Assembly: GCA_035559235.1 (NCBI GenBank)
Contig: DATMBM010000004.1
Span: 4,684 to 68,683 of the forward strand
Length of the DNA: 64,000 nucleotides
Origin: Minisyncoccota bacterium
GTDB lineage: Bacteria; Patescibacteriota; Minisyncoccia; Phycocordibacterales; UBA2100
Direction of reading: 5' to 3'
Position numbers and translations under genes: made by a program. This document shows positions 1-16,090 of this stretch, piece by piece (position 1 is the stretch's first letter; every line of letters begins with the position of its first letter). Below the pieces are notes generated by a model. That model saw only the letters and a program-made list of their open reading frames with translations. It did not search any database and was not told the DNA's origin.

Positions 1-6915
<6,915 letters not shown>

Positions 6916-6935
6916 GAGCTTACATAAAAGAGGAC

Positions 6936-6959
6936 GGCTCGCGTGCATCTGCGCGAGCC
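6936..6959 (+). terminator. Perfect 8-bp GC hairpin (GGCTCGCG-tgcatct-CGCGAGCC) just after the rpoBC stop. The T-run is weak, so this may be an attenuator or a partial terminator.
   Basis: Inverted repeat read directly from the sequence. Only GTGCTGACGTTTGC follows it. Confidence 0.3.
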
Positions 6960-6970
6960 GTGCTGACGTT

Positions 6971-6979
6971 TGCTATGAT
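6971..6979 (+). promoter_or_regulatory. Extended -10 box TGcTATGAT, 6 nt upstream of the dnaG ATG. Proposed leaderless promoter.
   Basis: TG-n-TATGAT sits at 6971-6979 and the ATG at 6986. No Shine-Dalgarno lies between them. Confidence 0.4.
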
Positions 6980-6985
6980 GCGCCT

Positions 6986-8752
6986 ATGGCCGACACCGTC
7001 CAACAGATCAAAGACCGGCTCAGCATCGTCGATGTGGTCGGGCAATACTGCAAACTGCAGCGTGCGGGGCAGAATTACCGCGCGCTATGCCCCTTTCATG
7101 CCGAGCGGACGCCGTCCTTCATCGTCTCGCCGGACAGGGGCACCTACCACTGCTTCGGCTGCGGTGCGCACGGCGACATCTTCTCGTTTATCGAAGCAAT
7201 CGAAGGCGTTGATTTTAAAGGCGCGATGAAAATGCTGGCGGAGCGCGCGGGCGTGCCGCTCGTCTTCTCTGGGCGCGAGAAAAGGGAAGACACCGACCGT
7301 CTGTTCGAAGCGATGGAAACCGCGGCGTTGTTCTACCAATCGAAACTAACCGACGAAGCAAAAAAATACTTAAAAGAACGCGGGCTCAGGGAAGAAACCA
7401 TCCGTGCATTCAGGCTCGGGTGGGCATCCGATGCGTGGAGCGATGCGTCAGACCATCTACGGCGGAAAAAATTCACGAACAAAGAAATCGTGGACGCGGG
7501 ACTCGCAAAAAAACCCGCCTCGACTCGCGATCTGTCTCGTCAAGGCGAAGCCGTGGCGGACGGTTCGTCGACGCGAGGCGGGGGAGAAAAGGCAAGCCTC
7601 ACCGACAAGTTCCGCAATCGCATCATGTTTCCGATTTTCGATACTGCGGGGCGCGTCGTGGCGTTTTCCGGCCGCACGTTCGGCGAGAAAGCGCATCCGG
7701 ACGCGCCGAAATATCTCAATTCGCCGGAGACGGCGCTCTATCATAAATCGCGCATACTCTACGGCTTTGATCGCGCGAAACAGAGTATCCGCAAGCACAA
7801 TTTCGCCGTCCTTGTCGAAGGCCAGATGGACTTAGTGATGAGCCACCAAGCGGGGTGGTCAAACACGGTCGCCGTCTCCGGAACCGCCTTTACGCCCGAG
7901 CACGCCGCGCTCCTGAAGCGGATGAGCGAAAACCTGGTGATCGCGCTCGATCCCGACGAGGCTGGCTTCAAGGCGGCATCGCGCGCCGCGCGCGCCGCGC
8001 TGCAGCAGGGCATGAACGTAAAGGTTGCGCAGCTGCCAAAGGGCCTCGACCCGGCCGATTTGATCGTCAAAGAAGGGGCAGAGGCGTGGCGCGCCGCGAT
8101 CCGTGGCGCCAAAGACATCATCACGTTCCTCCTGGATGTGCTGCAGGAAAACGCGAAGACCGCCGACCAATTCCGTCGTTCCGTCGAGTCGATCGTGCTT
8201 CCGTTCCTCGCCGACGTGCAGAGCCCGATCGCGCGCGAGCAATACCAGAAAGAGATTGCGAAGCGTCTCGGCGTCTCCGAATCGGCCGTGGAAAAAACGA
8301 CCACCACCATACAGAAGTCGTTGACCTACCATGTGGTCCCTCGCAAAGAAGCTCGTCCGGCTGACGCGCCAAACCGCATCAAGCAGGCATACGGGCTGTT
8401 GTTGTGGCAGGAGACATTGCAGAAACCGATGATCGATACCGATGTCTTTGCCCGTGAATTGGAAGGCGCGATCGGAAAGGAGCATATGGACGAGCTGCGA
8501 CGTCTACCGCTTGATGACAAGGAAACCCTGCGGTTCTTCGCGGAGCAATTGCATGGGCGGAACTCGTCGCTTCAGCAATCCGCAAAGACGCTCCTCGCGG
8601 TGCTGCGCCGCGACAAGCTCCAGACAGAATTACAGGAAACGACGGCGGCGCTGCGCGCCGCCGAGGCTCGGGAAGATATGGGGGAGATCGAACGTCTCTC
8701 AGAAGAGGCGCGTACGCTGACCACCGTCATTGCGCAATTAACGGAAAAATGA
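6986..8752 (+). CDS. dnaG: DNA primase DnaG
   Basis: CHC2 zinc finger (CPFHAERTPSFIVSPDRGTYHCFGCGAHGD) and TOPRIM motif (VLVEGQMDLV). 588 aa. Confidence 0.9.
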   Translation: MADTVQQIKDRLSIVDVVGQYCKLQRAGQNYRALCPFHAERTPSFIVSPDRGTYHCFGCGAHGDIFSFIEAIEGVDFKGAMKMLAERAGVPLVFSGREKREDTDRLFEAMETAALFYQSKLTDEAKKYLKERGLREETIRAFRLGWASDAWSDASDHLRRKKFTNKEIVDAGLAKKPASTRDLSRQGEAVADGSSTRGGGEKASLTDKFRNRIMFPIFDTAGRVVAFSGRTFGEKAHPDAPKYLNSPETALYHKSRILYGFDRAKQSIRKHNFAVLVEGQMDLVMSHQAGWSNTVAVSGTAFTPEHAALLKRMSENLVIALDPDEAGFKAASRAARAALQQGMNVKVAQLPKGLDPADLIVKEGAEAWRAAIRGAKDIITFLLDVLQENAKTADQFRRSVESIVLPFLADVQSPIAREQYQKEIAKRLGVSESAVEKTTTTIQKSLTYHVVPRKEARPADAPNRIKQAYGLLLWQETLQKPMIDTDVFARELEGAIGKEHMDELRRLPLDDKETLRFFAEQLHGRNSSLQQSAKTLLAVLRRDKLQTELQETTAALRAAEAREDMGEIERLSEEARTLTTVIAQLTEK

Positions 8753-8771
8753 TATATTTTCGGTGTTCAGA

Positions 8772-8796
8772 CAGCGCCTGAGATAGGCGGTGTTTT
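8772..8796 (+). terminator. Rho-independent terminator candidate downstream of dnaG
   Basis: CAGCGCCT-gagat-AGGCGGTG stem followed by TTTT. Confidence 0.4.
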
Positions 8797-8856
8797 CTAT
8801 ACCGTATTACTCTACGCTTCACAGCATTTTCACGTTAACTTCACAGGATAGCCACC

Positions 8857-10092
8857 ATGGTCAAAAAGAAAGCCAAAAAAGCAAAGTCGAAACGGAAGGC
8901 GCGACCAGCGCGCGCTTCGCGCGCGTCTGAACGTTCGGCGAAGCGCGGCGCAAAGAAAGTAAAGGCGCAGAAGGCGCCGAAAAGGGCAGTGCGCCAGAGC
9001 GCCGGCTCCGCGCAGGCAAAGAAAGACCAGAAGGTTGAGTCGTTGATCACACTCGGCCGCGAGCGCGGCTACGTCACGTATGACGAGATCATGCGCGAGT
9101 TCCCGCACATCGAGGATGACGTGCTGCTCCTTGAGGAGATGTACGAGCGCTTCGGCGCCGCAGGCATCGACGTCCTCGAAGGCGGCAACATACTCGAAGA
9201 TACCTCCGCGCAGGACATTTTAGAGAAGAAGAAGCTGCAGCACCGTCGCGCCGACAGCGCCTACGATTCCGTGCAGATGTACCTGCGCGAAATTGGCCAG
9301 TACCCGCTTTTGACGGCCGCGCAGGAGCGCGAGCTTGCGAAGCGTATCGGCGAAGGCGACGAAGAGGCGCGCTCGATTCTGGCGCGCTCCAACCTCCGCC
9401 TGGTGGTCTCGATCGCGAAAAAGTACGTCAATCGCAGCCCGGATTTGACGCTCCTCGACCTCATTCAGGAGGGGAACCTCGGCCTCTTCAAGGCTGTCGA
9501 CAAGTTCGACTTCACCAAGGGCTTCAAATTCTCGACCTATGCGACCTGGTGGATCCGCCAGGCGATTACGCGCGCGCTTGCAGACCAATCGCGCACCATC
9601 CGCATCCCGGTGCACATGGTGGAAACCATCGCGAAGTACAAGCAAAAAGTGCGCGAGCTCTCACAGCACCTTGGCCGTGACCCGCTGCCCGAAGAAATCG
9701 CGGCAGAAATGGGCATCGAAGTGGAAAAGATTTACACCATCCAGAAGATTAACCAGGATACCGTCTCGTTGGAATCACCGGTCGGCGATGATGACGACGA
9801 ACGCTCAACCCTTGGCTCGTTCATTGCCGACGAGACGATCGCCGCGCCCGACCAGGACGCGTCGCGCCGCATCCTTTCCGAGCAAATGGGAGCCATCCTC
9901 GACGAATTGTCCCCGAAAGAGCGCAAAATCCTCGAAATGCGCAACGGCCTGACCGAAGACGGCATTTGCTACACATTGGAAGAAGTCGGTCGTGAATTCG
10001 GCGTCACGCGCGAACGCATCCGTCAGATTGAAGCAAAGGCGCTGGAGCGCATTAGGTTCCACGAGCGAGCAAAGCAGTTGAAATCGTACTAG
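8857..10092 (+). CDS. rpoD: RNA polymerase sigma-70 factor RpoD with a Lys/Ala-rich N-terminal tail
   Basis: Region 1.2/2 ([23 protein letters not shown]) and region 2.2-2.4 ([40 protein letters not shown]) motifs, plus a region 4 helix-turn-helix. Lies in a dnaG-rpoD operon. Confidence 0.9.
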   Translation: MVKKKAKKAKSKRKARPARASRASERSAKRGAKKVKAQKAPKRAVRQSAGSAQAKKDQKVESLITLGRERGYVTYDEIMREFPHIEDDVLLLEEMYERFGAAGIDVLEGGNILEDTSAQDILEKKKLQHRRADSAYDSVQMYLREIGQYPLLTAAQERELAKRIGEGDEEARSILARSNLRLVVSIAKKYVNRSPDLTLLDLIQEGNLGLFKAVDKFDFTKGFKFSTYATWWIRQAITRALADQSRTIRIPVHMVETIAKYKQKVRELSQHLGRDPLPEEIAAEMGIEVEKIYTIQKINQDTVSLESPVGDDDDERSTLGSFIADETIAAPDQDASRRILSEQMGAILDELSPKERKILEMRNGLTEDGICYTLEEVGREFGVTRERIRQIEAKALERIRFHERAKQLKSY

Positions 10093-10120
10093 GGGCAGGG
10101 AAGGGATTTTGCCCTCCTCG

Positions 10121-10147
10121 AACACGTCCTGAGTGGACGTGTTTTCG
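10121..10147 (+). terminator. Rho-independent terminator after rpoD
   Basis: AACACGTCC-tgagt-GGACGTGTT hairpin followed by TTTCG. Confidence 0.55.
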
Positions 10148-10229
10148 TCACATCTACTGCTGTACATCATCGCGCTTTAGTATTTGCTGCGCGATGTTCT
10201 CGGAAGGCAATATCCCATCCCTGCTCCTT

Positions 10230-10790
10230 TCAAAGCGAATCGCGCTTATCATCTCCGTTTTCCAACGCATCAATCTGTTGTAGAAGCGCGTGTACTTGCG
10301 CCCTCAATTGCGTCAGCAGGTCGCCTCCACCTTTTTCTGTGACGCTGTCGTAGTCTCGTTGTAATGCGCTAGCCAAATTGGGATATTTCCGTCCTATGTC
10401 AGCAACTGTATCGCTAGACACCCTTAACGACGAGCGCATTTCTTTCAATTCGCTCAAATACTTTTCCAATTCCGTTTTGGTGTCGCCGCTCATGCTATCC
10501 AATTTCTCGCCCGTCTCGTATATCAATGCGTTAAGAATTTTACGCGTTTTCTCAACAGATGCTCGCAATTCGTTATCAGCGTTCTTTCGATGTTCATCGA
10601 AAAACGACCTAAGCGTATTTCGGTATTCTGATCCTTGTCGCCACAGAATGACCGTAAATCCGATAGCTAAAATCGCGATTAGTGCTGTGAGAATAGACAC
10701 GGTGACCCCGAGCGGGTTGTACCAGAGGCTTAGTTGCTGATTCGTTTTCTCCAGCACTTCAATGTAGAGGGCCGTGCTCGTTGCGTCCAT
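10230..10790 (-). CDS. Hypothetical membrane-anchored coiled-coil protein
   Basis: 186-aa ORF with one N-terminal TM helix (VTVSILTALIAILAIGFTVILW) and a charged coiled-coil-like C-terminus. Local GC is clearly lower than in neighbouring genes. Confidence 0.5.
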   Translation of the reverse strand: MDATSTALYIEVLEKTNQQLSLWYNPLGVTVSILTALIAILAIGFTVILWRQGSEYRNTLRSFFDEHRKNADNELRASVEKTRKILNALIYETGEKLDSMSGDTKTELEKYLSELKEMRSSLRVSSDTVADIGRKYPNLASALQRDYDSVTEKGGGDLLTQLRAQVHALLQQIDALENGDDKRDSL

Positions 10791-10795
10791 ATTGT

Positions 10796-11089
10796 TTATG
10801 CCAAATTGTATTTAATGAGAATCGAATCGCCCTCATCGATTCCTTCCTTTCGTCGGACATCAGCCTTGATGGCAAGCAGGTACGGGCCGTCTTTGGTGGG
10901 GAAGAGTGTCGTGTTCCAACTGGTTTCCCCGATTGTCGCCTTGACGCGGACGAATTGGAACCCTACTTTCTTTTTGTTGCGGGTGTAATCCTTGATTTGC
11001 CGCGAGAGCTTTTCGGGAACGTAGACGAAGTACCATCCGCCCGGGCCTTCGTACCGCCACACCTTGCCGCTCACAGTGAATGTCTTCAT
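10796..11089 (-). CDS. DUF1905-like small protein
   Basis: 97 aa. The pattern YEGPGGWYFVYVP…FQFVRVKATIGETSWNTTLFP matches what I recall of DUF1905. Confidence 0.45.
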   Translation of the reverse strand: MKTFTVSGKVWRYEGPGGWYFVYVPEKLSRQIKDYTRNKKKVGFQFVRVKATIGETSWNTTLFPTKDGPYLLAIKADVRRKEGIDEGDSILIKYNLA

Positions 11090-11163
11090 CCCGAGATGCT
11101 AGCGTACCTGCGAACGACTGTCGAATAAAGAACGGGGCCCGTCCATCGGACGGGCCCCCATGC

Positions 11164-11862
11164 TTACGCGGCAACTTGTCGCGGCCAGTACTTGCCCCAA
11201 TTTGCTTCAGTGAAGGTTTCTCGGAACGTCTCGTCGCGCCAGTTCATTCTGAAGTCGAGGATAACCTCACTTTGCCACGAATCGCGTCGGAAGACGTACG
11301 TGCGCTGATCGTGATTGGGCCAGCGAATGTGCATCCACAGACAGCAGGTTTTCAGCGGAATATTGTTGTCTTTGGCATGTCGGCGAACCCGATCCTTCCC
11401 GCGGAGGTAGTGACCGATAAGTTGATCGGCCCGAATGCCGCTAAGAGTGGCAGCCGCGCATGGCGCGTGGCCGTAGCATACGAACGTTTCAACTCCCTTA
11501 ATCTCACGTCCTTGGAACGAATGCCGTAAGAGCACCTCGCCGTCGGAGCGCATTTCCGCGGTGAGATCATCCGCGTCGGAAAATAAAAGAGGACCGCCGT
11601 TGAGTGCGGGTGCGTGGTGACATTCGCTTCCACTACACATTTCACGATGGTGTGTCATGCATTCATAGATCTCGTCACCGTCAGCGCACAGTGGAATGAC
11701 TGAACCTTTGTCTGCAACGATACGGTTTGCCTCGTTGGGATCAACGTCCACAAGAACCTGGGCATCCGGCTGACGCAGCCTCCTCAAGAAGACCATGTCT
11801 TGCCGTACGCGCGGATCCAGAAACGATTTTGGCATCGCTTCCCTCGTTTGGTTAGAGTTCAC
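11164..11862 (-). CDS. Hypothetical Cys/His-rich protein, possibly metal-binding
   Basis: 232-aa ORF with a cluster CMTHHREMCSGSECHH and a second site CYGHAPCAAATLSG. I recognise no family. Confidence 0.4.
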   Translation of the reverse strand: MNSNQTREAMPKSFLDPRVRQDMVFLRRLRQPDAQVLVDVDPNEANRIVADKGSVIPLCADGDEIYECMTHHREMCSGSECHHAPALNGGPLLFSDADDLTAEMRSDGEVLLRHSFQGREIKGVETFVCYGHAPCAAATLSGIRADQLIGHYLRGKDRVRRHAKDNNIPLKTCCLWMHIRWPNHDQRTYVFRRDSWQSEVILDFRMNWRDETFRETFTEANWGKYWPRQVAA

Positions 11863-11961
11863 CTCTAAGCACCTAAGAACAGGTACCGTCGGCCATCCTA
11901 CGCCTCTTTACGCCTCATTTCAAGCGCCGCATTCGGCCTTTGACTGCGCGGAGAAATACGC

Positions 11962-11967
11962 TATAGT
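11962..11967 (+). promoter_or_regulatory. -10 box TATAGT, 8 nt upstream of the ATG at 11976. Proposed leaderless promoter.
   Basis: The sequence reads gcTATAGTcatccaccATG. Confidence 0.35.
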
Positions 11968-11975
11968 CATCCACC

Positions 11976-13052
11976 ATGTGTGCAAAAAACGGCTCATACA
12001 CGGGCGATTTGAGGGAATTCATTTTGAATAGGAATGAGGAGCAGTCAGCGGCGTTTCGCTCGGCAGCTGCGCGTCTTGCGCGGACACGGTATCGTGCCGA
12101 GCATCCGACCGAAATTGCGGCGTGGAAATGCATGGACGGGCGTTTGAATCTTGCGGTATATACGAAGACACCACCCGGCATTATCCAGCCATTCCGCAAC
12201 ATCGGTGGCAAATTCGACCTTGGGTGGCCTTTTTTTCAGGAGACCATAAAGGGCTGGGCGAATTATTCGCTGCATCGCGGGCGTCGGTGTTTGATTCTCG
12301 TCACCTATCACTTTTCGAAAGGTGACCATCATCGCGGCTGCGCCGGCTGGAAATATGACACCGGTGCGGCGCACGCTGCGGCAAAAAAACTGGCCGAGCA
12401 GACCGAAGGCGTCTTCGGCAAAACACCGCGCATGGTGTATCCGGTCGTCGTCGGCGTCGAAACCGACGAAGAAGGGCTCGTCGTGCATGGGGCAAATGGG
12501 GATTCGATTGATATGGAAGCGCTCGGCTCGTTGGAAGGCCTCGAAGAAAAGATCCGAGATATGTTCCCCGACATGGATCTCCAGATGGCACAGGATTTCC
12601 TTCCGCTTCTGAAAGGCAACTGGGAACATATCCGCGATATTCGTGCGGAAAACCGGCCGCCGATCGATTTGGAACATCGCGAACAGATCATTGCAGTCGG
12701 CCGTGGATTCGATTGGCTGCATTTGCCGAATAAGGCGCTTATCATTGGCCCCTATTCGCACGAATGGCCCTCAGCGGTCGCGACAGCAGGGAAGATCATC
12801 TTGGGTAATTTGAATGACGGACGCGTCCCAAAGGAAGAAGGTGTGCTGCTTCTTCTCTCATCACTTTCGCGCGATGAGGAGGGAAGTTTTGGATGGAACA
12901 TGGCGATTGAAAAGGCCAAATACCTCGAACGAGTCTCGAAGGACATTCTGCTCGAACAGGTGCCGGAATTGAAGGATTCGTTGCAGGTTTTTGCCGGTGT
13001 TACGTTTGCCGATACAAGAAAGCTGCATCCGCTCGGTGATTCACACGCATAA
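11976..13052 (+). CDS. Beta-class carbonic-anhydrase-like protein with a C-terminal extension of about 150 aa
   Basis: CxDxR motif (WKCMDGR) followed by PFRNIGGKF (compare FVxRNxGN), then HHRGCAG (HxxCG) about 60 residues later. This is the zinc-ligand spacing of beta-carbonic anhydrases. Total length is 358 aa. Confidence 0.45.
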   Translation: MCAKNGSYTGDLREFILNRNEEQSAAFRSAAARLARTRYRAEHPTEIAAWKCMDGRLNLAVYTKTPPGIIQPFRNIGGKFDLGWPFFQETIKGWANYSLHRGRRCLILVTYHFSKGDHHRGCAGWKYDTGAAHAAAKKLAEQTEGVFGKTPRMVYPVVVGVETDEEGLVVHGANGDSIDMEALGSLEGLEEKIRDMFPDMDLQMAQDFLPLLKGNWEHIRDIRAENRPPIDLEHREQIIAVGRGFDWLHLPNKALIIGPYSHEWPSAVATAGKIILGNLNDGRVPKEEGVLLLLSSLSRDEEGSFGWNMAIEKAKYLERVSKDILLEQVPELKDSLQVFAGVTFADTRKLHPLGDSHA

Positions 13053-13057
13053 AGAAG

Positions 13058-13078
13058 CCGCCGGCTATTCGCCGGCGG
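13058..13078. terminator. Bidirectional GC hairpin between convergent genes
   Basis: GCCGCCGGC-tattc-GCCGGCGG. No strong T-run on either side. Confidence 0.35.
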
Positions 13079-13102
13079 TCGAAGGAATAGGATTATGCAG
13101 CC

Positions 13103-13345
13103 TCACAGTCTGATGCGATCTGCTTTGAGCGCGCGCGCGTACTCAACTGGGCACAGCTTGATGTCGGCCGTGCGCGCATGATTCCGGACGAAATAGAAAA
13201 TGGAACGCGCCTCATCATGGCTGCCCCTGACGGGCGCCGGACTCATTTCCTTAGTTGCTCGTGATCGGATCTCGTTGAAATCGGCATGCGTGACCTCATC
13301 CTGGAGACGTCCTACAAAAACGTCGATTTCGCGAGGGTCGTCCAT
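13103..13345 (-). CDS. Hypothetical small protein
   Basis: The ORF runs to 13441. I prefer the internal start MDDPREID… at 13345 because it has a GGAGG Shine-Dalgarno 6 nt upstream. The longer form would overlap the leaderless promoter of the opposite gene. Confidence 0.35.
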   Translation of the reverse strand: MDDPREIDVFVGRLQDEVTHADFNEIRSRATKEMSPAPVRGSHDEARSIFYFVRNHARTADIKLCPVEYARALKADRIRL

Positions 13346-13415
13346 GTAATGCCTCCATTGTCGGAATTGGACTGTAAAAAAATATACTCCTTCATCGCGT
13401 CTAAAACAAGTGTGT

Positions 13416-13424
13416 TGATATACT
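13416..13424 (+). promoter_or_regulatory. Extended -10 box TGaTATACT, 6 nt upstream of the ATG at 13431. Proposed leaderless promoter.
   Basis: The sequence reads gtgtTGaTATACTggcgaaATG. Confidence 0.4.
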
Positions 13425-13430
13425 GGCGAA

Positions 13431-14360
13431 ATGGCCCGCACGGTAAAAGAAGTGAACGATATGCCGCCCTTGGAGGCCTATAAGCCATTTGAGGGCGATG
13501 AGGCCGCAATTGAAGAGCGCCTGTGGCCGTTCGAGGAGGTCGAGCCCGAGGCGAAAATACCGATTTCGCACTGGAGCCATTCATCGCTTATGGCGTACCT
13601 CCGCAACCCGCTTGCCTGGTACAAGCGGTATGTCGAGCGCGTCTACGACATGCCAGTTACCCCCTCGTCGGTCGTCGGTCGTGCGGGACACGTAGCACTA
13701 CAGCATTTTTATAGCGGCATCCCGAAAGAAGGCGCGATCGACCTCGGGCTTGAATATTTGCGCGGCGTGCCCGATTTCGAGATCAACTTCGGCGTCGCGA
13801 AGACGAAGAAGGCGAAAAAAGAGAAGCGTCTCGGCATGGAGCGGGAATACCTGCAGGCAATCAATTTCTATCTTGCCAAGCCGCCGAAATACGACGTTGT
13901 CGATGTTGAAATCAAGGCGACGGCAACCGTAAAGGGCCTGGCGCTTCCGATCAAGGCCGTTTCCGACCTCGTCGTGCGATCAAAGGTGGACAAAAAGGCC
14001 CTTGATGTCGTCGACCATAAATTCGTCGAGTCGTTTTCGAAACACGGGAAAAACAAGACGCTTTTCGTGATGCAGGCGCTGTTCAATTACTACACGGTCA
14101 CCGAAACGTATCGGCAACCTGTGCGACGATTTATCCTGCACGAGTGCAAGAAGACGAAGAACAAAGACGGCTCATCGCAACTGAAGCGCTACGTAATCGA
14201 ATACGAAAAATGCGCGCGCGAATTCGAGCTGTTCAGACAGCTGGTCAACGATGCGACGGACGATCTCGCAAGACGAAAAGTGTTCCTCCCGAACCCCTCC
14301 GACATGTTTGAGGGTGAGAACTCGTTTGATATTTATCGGTTGGGGCTGGCGAGCGACTAG
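13431..14360 (+). CDS. PD-(D/E)xK (RecB/Cas4-like) nuclease-fold protein without the C-terminal 4-Cys cluster
   Basis: N-terminal HWSHSSLMAYLRNPLAWYKRYV resembles the RecB-family nuclease motif I region. D…D/E-x-K candidates are AVSDLVV…DVVDHKF. Only two Cys residues are present. Confidence 0.5.
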   Translation: MARTVKEVNDMPPLEAYKPFEGDEAAIEERLWPFEEVEPEAKIPISHWSHSSLMAYLRNPLAWYKRYVERVYDMPVTPSSVVGRAGHVALQHFYSGIPKEGAIDLGLEYLRGVPDFEINFGVAKTKKAKKEKRLGMEREYLQAINFYLAKPPKYDVVDVEIKATATVKGLALPIKAVSDLVVRSKVDKKALDVVDHKFVESFSKHGKNKTLFVMQALFNYYTVTETYRQPVRRFILHECKKTKNKDGSSQLKRYVIEYEKCAREFELFRQLVNDATDDLARRKVFLPNPSDMFEGENSFDIYRLGLASD

Positions 14361-15127
14361 AGAAGAGAATCAATCAATCCCTTCACCATGTCGTAGGGTT
14401 GTGCGCCTTCGAGCGGGATCTGCTCACCATCGACGATAAGGACCGAGTGCGGGGTGCCTTGACCACCCGCGGCAACGGCTTCTGCGGCATCTGCATCGAC
14501 GCGCGCCTTGTGCTTCCCGCTAGCGACACATGCCTCGAACTGCGCGACATTGAGCCCAAGCTCCTGCGCAAAGTCAGAAAGCTGGCCGGCGTCGGTAGAC
14601 GAGCGCGGTTCTCGTTCCGTGTACCGCGGCTTCCCGTCTTGTCCCACCGGAATCGTCTCCGGCGTGTTGTAAACGCCGATATCGAGCGAGTTGTTGGCAT
14701 TTGTCCGCTCGTAGAGCATATCGGTAAATTTCCAGAACATTTCATTGCCTCCTTGTTCGGCAGCGCATTCCAGTGCCTCAGCCTGCTTCGGCGCCTTCGG
14801 GTGGAGCGAGGGAATCGGGAAGTGTCGATAGACCCACGCGACATCCCCTGAAGCCCCGTATTCGGAGATGATGCGGTTCATTGTCGTATGGAATTGTTTG
14901 CAGAACGGGCATTCGGTGTCGGAAAATTCAACGACTACGATTTTGGCGTTCGGATTGCCCTTGATGTGGTCATCCTGTTGCACGGTGCGGATTTCTTCCT
15001 GGACGGTCGGCTGGATACCGTTATTCGCCGCGACGGGGCGCGAATTGACGAGGTAGAGCGAGACAGCGATCATTGCGCCCGCGATGATAATCGAGATGGG
15101 TACGGCCATTTTTTGGAGAAATTCCAT
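14357..15127 (-). CDS. DsbA-family thiol:disulfide oxidoreductase, membrane-anchored
   Basis: N-terminal TM helix and a thioredoxin fold with CPFC active site (FSDTECPFCKQFH). Confidence 0.8.
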   Translation of the reverse strand: MEFLQKMAVPISIIIAGAMIAVSLYLVNSRPVAANNGIQPTVQEEIRTVQQDDHIKGNPNAKIVVVEFSDTECPFCKQFHTTMNRIISEYGASGDVAWVYRHFPIPSLHPKAPKQAEALECAAEQGGNEMFWKFTDMLYERTNANNSLDIGVYNTPETIPVGQDGKPRYTEREPRSSTDAGQLSDFAQELGLNVAQFEACVASGKHKARVDADAAEAVAAGGQGTPHSVLIVDGEQIPLEGAQPYDMVKGLIDSLL

Positions 15128-15170
15128 AGGTTCGTTGTTAGGGTAACGGGAGGATTATAGCATGCTTCAT

Positions 15171-15206
15171 AAAAAGGGAAGGCGGGGCCGTATGGTAGGC
15201 CCCGCC
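15171..15206 (-). terminator. Rho-independent terminator on the minus strand
   Basis: GGCGGGGCC-gtatggta-GGCCCCGCC 9-bp stem. On the minus strand it is followed by TTCCCTTTTTATG. Confidence 0.5.
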
Positions 15207-15213
15207 AGAGCAT

Positions 15214-15423
15214 CTAGCGATAATAACCGACGAGGGTTTGCATCTCCACGTACCCGAGGATGCGGTAGAGGTTTGTCACCTCACCGTGCATACCCTCCTC
15301 TTTGAGAGCGGCTTGCAGCCGCTCAACGTAGCGCTCCCGGTCACGGTGACTTAGGATAGAAAGTGCCATCGTCGTCCGCGGGTGTTCGCGGGCCGCGGCC
15401 TCCATCTTCTCGATAGGTGTCAT
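15214..15423 (-). CDS. Hypothetical small protein
   Basis: 69-aa ORF (MTPIEKMEAAAREHP…) lying between the exonuclease gene and a terminator. No recognisable domain. Confidence 0.3.
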   Translation of the reverse strand: MTPIEKMEAAAREHPRTTMALSILSHRDRERYVERLQAALKEEGMHGEVTNLYRILGYVEMQTLVGYYR

Positions 15424-15485
15424 TGTTCCCTCATCTATTTCCCCAGTCCCGTTCTTACTGTGCTCCTTATTCTTTGCAAAGTCAA

Positions 15486-16061
15486 TTAAAACCCCAGCGT
15501 TTTCGTGAGTGACGCTGCCGATGAAGGTGCAAGCCACTGCGAAGTATCCAATTTCACCTCCTTTTTGATACCCAATTCCTTGAAGTGGAGTGAGCCGTTT
15601 TTGAGGGCGTAGTCGAAAATGCCTTTGGTAACCTCGACGTCCTTGAGGCAGTATTCGCGCAACTTTTTGATTTCGCCTTCCTTCCACCACTTCATCGCTT
15701 GCAGGCCGTTTGCAATCTTTTTCTTGCCCAGCGTGCCCTCAGCGATCGCGTCGAGACGCACGCGCCGGCCGAGCACGGCGGAAATTTCTTTCAGAAGGTC
15801 GATCGAGCGAATTTTGGACAAATCGCCGGGATAATATTTGTTGAGAACCGGAATGTCAAAATGGTCAGAATTGAATCCGACCAAGACATCGGTATGCTCC
15901 AAAACCTTCCACAGCTTCGGCAGCTCTTCTTTCAAAAACGAATCGTATGAATCCGTCTCGGAATCGTGGATGCAACAGATCGTCAGTTCCAGATCTTCCG
16001 GCTTCCAGTTCCCGCGGGACACGTCGCCGTAGGTCTCAATATCAAGCGTAACGACACGCAT
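15486..16061 (-). CDS. DEDDy-type 3'-5' exonuclease (DnaQ/PolB-exonuclease-like, RNase H fold)
   Basis: Exo I motif VVTLDIETYG, Exo II motif FNSDHFDIPVL and Exo III motif YCLKDVEVT. An extended -10 box TGtTATAAT (16070-16078, minus strand) sits 8 nt upstream of the ATG. Confidence 0.7.
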   Translation of the reverse strand: MRVVTLDIETYGDVSRGNWKPEDLELTICCIHDSETDSYDSFLKEELPKLWKVLEHTDVLVGFNSDHFDIPVLNKYYPGDLSKIRSIDLLKEISAVLGRRVRLDAIAEGTLGKKKIANGLQAMKWWKEGEIKKLREYCLKDVEVTKGIFDYALKNGSLHFKELGIKKEVKLDTSQWLAPSSAASLTKTLGF

Positions 16062-16090
16062 GAGTGGCGATTATAACAAACCAACACGCG

